Of a DNA stretch of 25,587 nt, positions 22,845-25,587 are shown piece after piece. Position 1 is the first letter of the stretch. The number at the start of each line of letters is the position of its first letter. The DNA is from Phycisphaerales bacterium (lineage in GTDB: Bacteria; Planctomycetota; Phycisphaerae; WQYP01): contig DAIDJN010000010.1 in assembly GCA_027451365.1 (NCBI GenBank), forward strand, positions 1-25,587, given 5' to 3'. The notes under the pieces are model-generated. The model ran no database searches and was not told where the DNA came from. It worked only from the letters and a program-made list of their open reading frames with translations. A program made the position numbers and the translations under genes.

Positions 22845-23656
22845 ACGGGTTTGTTCACCGGGTTGGCCCGGTCCTCCAGTTCATTGATTCGGATCACCAG
22901 ATCCAGCAAGTCCGCCGTTTGCAGCCGCCGATTGGTCAGCGACTCAATCTGGGCTGTAAGAATTTTAGCCGCCGCCCGCAGCGCGGCAATATCAGCCGAC
23001 CGTCCGAGCGGCCTTTGCGGTAATTCGCTCGGTGGTGCCAACCGGTACAGGGCAAGGATGATTCGGGATTCAGCTTTAATATTCAGTTCGCCGCATTGGC
23101 AATTCGCGCAAACCACCGTCCCATGGCCCGGCAGAAAGCGAACGGTTCCGCCCGATGTGATTGCCGCACCGCATACGATACAGGTGTCCAGCCGAGCCTG
23201 ATAGCCCGCCGCGACAAGAACGCATTTGAGATAAGCTATCAGCGCCCGCGAAGCCTGCGAGCCGGTCAGAAGTTTTAAAGTCGCCAGCAGTTCAATATAT
23301 AATCCGGCGTGCGGATCATGTGGCGACAGCATGGCGATGGTAAATTCACAAATGATCTGCCCGGCGTAAAATGCCGTCAGGTTGTTTCGGATTGCTGGCT
23401 GGTGGTCTTCTATTTGCCAGGCGGTAAGCGTGGCCAGTTCCCCGGTGCGAGGAGGTATAAATACCAATTCACCGGCGGCAAGCAGGTCCAGCGGACCACC
23501 GAACGCCGAAGCGCTTTTGACGGATATTTTACGGATACCTTTGGCCAGCATCGGAACAAGCCCGTGGCGGCGGGTCAGCATTGTCGCGACCTGCGATGTT
23601 TCAGAAAAATCCACCACACGCAGGCAAATACCCTGATCGTTTTCATAGTTTGGCAC
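22841..23656 (-). CDS. recO: DNA repair protein RecO
   Basis: GICLRVVDFSETSQVATMLTRRHG...AKG (OB fold), GYQARLDTCIVCG and CANC zinc motif. GTG start. Confidence 0.93.
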   Translation of the reverse strand: MPNYENDQGICLRVVDFSETSQVATMLTRRHGLVPMLAKGIRKISVKSASAFGGPLDLLAAGELVFIPPRTGELATLTAWQIEDHQPAIRNNLTAFYAGQIICEFTIAMLSPHDPHAGLYIELLATLKLLTGSQASRALIAYLKCVLVAAGYQARLDTCIVCGAAITSGGTVRFLPGHGTVVCANCQCGELNIKAESRIILALYRLAPPSELPQRPLGRSADIAALRAAAKILTAQIESLTNRRLQTADLLDLVIRINELEDRANPVNKPV

Positions 23657-23787
23657 AGGACTTATTCTACCCTAATCCAGCCGGTTTGGCATGTACGACT
23701 ATCCCGCGAAGCAGAAGCGTTCAGGATTCAGGCGCTTAAATTTGGCGGACTACCGCAACTCCCATTGTCGGCCGATCGTTGTCCGGA

Positions 23788-24210
23788 TCAGGACTTATTC
23801 CGGGCTTTGCCGCACTGTAAATGTACAGCGACCGCGCGAATCTGATTATAGGGAACCGCCTGATTGAGTGCGGAGAAAATGGGCCTCATACGCTGCGCGC
23901 CGTGCTGCTTAATCGCCGCCGCCACGCGCTGATATTCCGATTCCGGCACCCATATTTCAATTGAATCCGGCCGCTCGGCCAGAATAAACTCCGCCAGATA
24001 TTCCGATTTCGTACTGACCGCACGGCCCGTCTGTCGACTGACCTCCGCGATCGTCTGGCCGGTCCCGAACAGGCTCATGGCCAGCGATTTTGTAACGCCA
24101 GGCCGGGATACAGCGGGTGCCGCGGGTTGTGCCAATGACCGGTGGGCGGCACCCGGTACATTGGTCAGCAAAAGATGCGCTGTGGAATAATCCGCAATAA
24201 ACGCGATGTT
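23788..24210 (-). pseudogene. Probable C-terminal fragment of a RecQ-family helicase (end of HRDC + HTH_40-like domain)
   Basis: The frame reads NIAFIADYSTAH...LFGTGQTIAEVSRQTGRAVST..EYL...RMRPIFSALNQAVPYNQIRAV. It is closed upstream by TAA at 24225-24223, with no ATG or RBS in front. Confidence 0.55.
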
Positions 24211-24659
24211 TGGCGGCGGGAGTTATGTGGCTTACGGGAGACCCGCCATGTCATTTAGGCGTGACAGAATACGAGACAACGGAAATGCCGGCGTCGGAAA
24301 ATTCTGCCGTTTGATTACCCTTTTCCGGCCAGGCTCGGTCCAGATCGGGCCTTCAACGCGGCAGAGCGGCAACCGCCCGCAGGACGCCAGACACCCGTAG
24401 ATCGTCGGATCGCCATTGTTATTCCAAGTGAGATTGCTTGCTTTATCGCCCTGACTGCGAAAATTCAGAAGGATGGCATCAGTAGTCTTGGGAGCCGGTA
24501 TTCTTCGATCTTTGGCCAGTGGGGCAACCGTTGGGTTGCTTTTCGTCCCATTTTGATGTATGACACAGCTAGTTAGAACTCACCGTTCGATAGCCCTCGC
24601 GGTGCTGGTTGAATAGATTCAAATCTCAAGCTAATGAAGGGCCGGGGTGGAGTCTGTTT

Positions 24660-25298
24660 ATGGAACATGCAGCCATGCTTTGCCCGGCCTGTGCAGGTCC
24701 GCTGGAAGTAGCACAATCGCGTTTTACATTTTTACCCTTTCGTAAATCGCGGGAAATTCGCTGTGGCCATTGCGGGAAAACGACTGCCATTATTCAGGCC
24801 AAAGTGATGGGAGAAGCATTTACTTACTGGTGCGATCAGTTCGCCCATCAGGTGGAAGCGTCGCTGGCATATTTGCCGGAACTTACGCGAGAAGAATGCT
24901 TTACAGTGCTTAATCCGCGACATTTTGATGATGAAGTTCATGCCCACATCAAATTTAAAGTTCTACTTCATTACCTCTGCCAGGTTTTTCGGCCCGTGCT
25001 CCGGGATAAATCTCTGGGTTTTGAAGATGCCAGCCTGAGCATGGGACCTATCAAGCATAACGGGATTCCCAAGGCACTGGGCATTTTCGGCCATTGTGGG
25101 CATCATCAGCATTCGCACGATTCCGAAGCATGGACATTGCTGATTACCCGTCTGGGCAACAAGGGGTTTCTGACATATCTGATGTCCTCTAGTCCGCACC
25201 ACAACGGTATTACGATTGAGGGCTTTCTGCCACTGATGGGAAACCGCCCTTCCTCACCCTTGGAAAGTTCGACCGCCGGCACGCCCCGACCGGCATAA
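24660..25298 (+). CDS. Hypothetical protein with N-terminal zinc ribbon and His-rich patch
   Basis: ATG 24660 has GGAG 7 nt upstream. CPAC...CGHC and GHCGHHQHSHD motifs. Confidence 0.7.
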   Translation: MEHAAMLCPACAGPLEVAQSRFTFLPFRKSREIRCGHCGKTTAIIQAKVMGEAFTYWCDQFAHQVEASLAYLPELTREECFTVLNPRHFDDEVHAHIKFKVLLHYLCQVFRPVLRDKSLGFEDASLSMGPIKHNGIPKALGIFGHCGHHQHSHDSEAWTLLITRLGNKGFLTYLMSSSPHHNGITIEGFLPLMGNRPSSPLESSTAGTPRPA

Positions 25299-25587
25299 TC
25301 CAAATAATTGCCGGGTACCGCAACTGTTCAATCTGCCACCCGCCGCAAATCGCCCAAGCGACCGCCCCAACCTGCATCACATATTAACGGCAAAGTCCCT
25401 GCCATCCTGAACCTCGGCCGTGCTAACTTACGTCTGACCATCGGGCGTACTGAGCGTTTCACCCGCCGTTAATTTGTACGCAGTTAATCAGATTGCCGGT
25501 GTGGCACCAGGCGTTGATTCACCCTTCCCACAGCAATTCAAACTTTAAGCCGGTGGCTTTGTGGAATTCGTATGCGGCCTTGAACTC

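Noticed and set aside
22059..22887. Overlapping 225, 191 and 142 aa ORFs
   Set aside because: They are alternative-frame or antisense shadows of the MauE-like gene in GC-rich DNA.
1..25587. CRISPR array, IS element or rRNA
   Set aside because: I saw no regularly spaced repeats, transposase motifs, terminal inverted repeats or rRNA-like sequence.

Overview
Bacterial genomic window. The gene content (GYF_2/DUF4190-type protein, multi-zinc-ribbon membrane proteins, 'FSFLDxLACTIG'-type ExbD-like proteins, split pntAA/AB/B) suggests a planctomycete, possibly Phycisphaerae; this is inference. The left ~15.3 kb is an accessory locus of two divergent operons. The minus arm encodes a Zn-ribbon TRAFAC GTPase (DO-GTPase2-like), a membrane-anchored GAP1-N2/GAP1-M-like protein, a stand-alone paralog of that protein's 356-aa extracytoplasmic domain, a 973-aa bitopic helical protein and a GYF-ZnF-membrane protein; a secreted repeat protein follows. 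The plus arm encodes a four-Zn-finger protein with a TolA-like Ala/Lys tail, a Zn-ribbon MotA/TolQ/ExbB channel and two paralogous ExbD/TolR-like coiled-coil proteins. Together these look like a candidate GTPase-regulated, proton-motive-force-driven envelope machine whose parts list parallels the Myxococcus AglRQS/GltG/GltJ/MglA system. The right part is mostly housekeeping: a GT-C glycosyltransferase, an orphan nuoC, tRNA-Tyr(GTA), pntAA-pntAB-pntB, a MauE/thioredoxin-like protein, recO, a RecQ-like C-terminal fragment and a Zn-ribbon hypothetical. All family calls are by eye from motifs; no searches were run.
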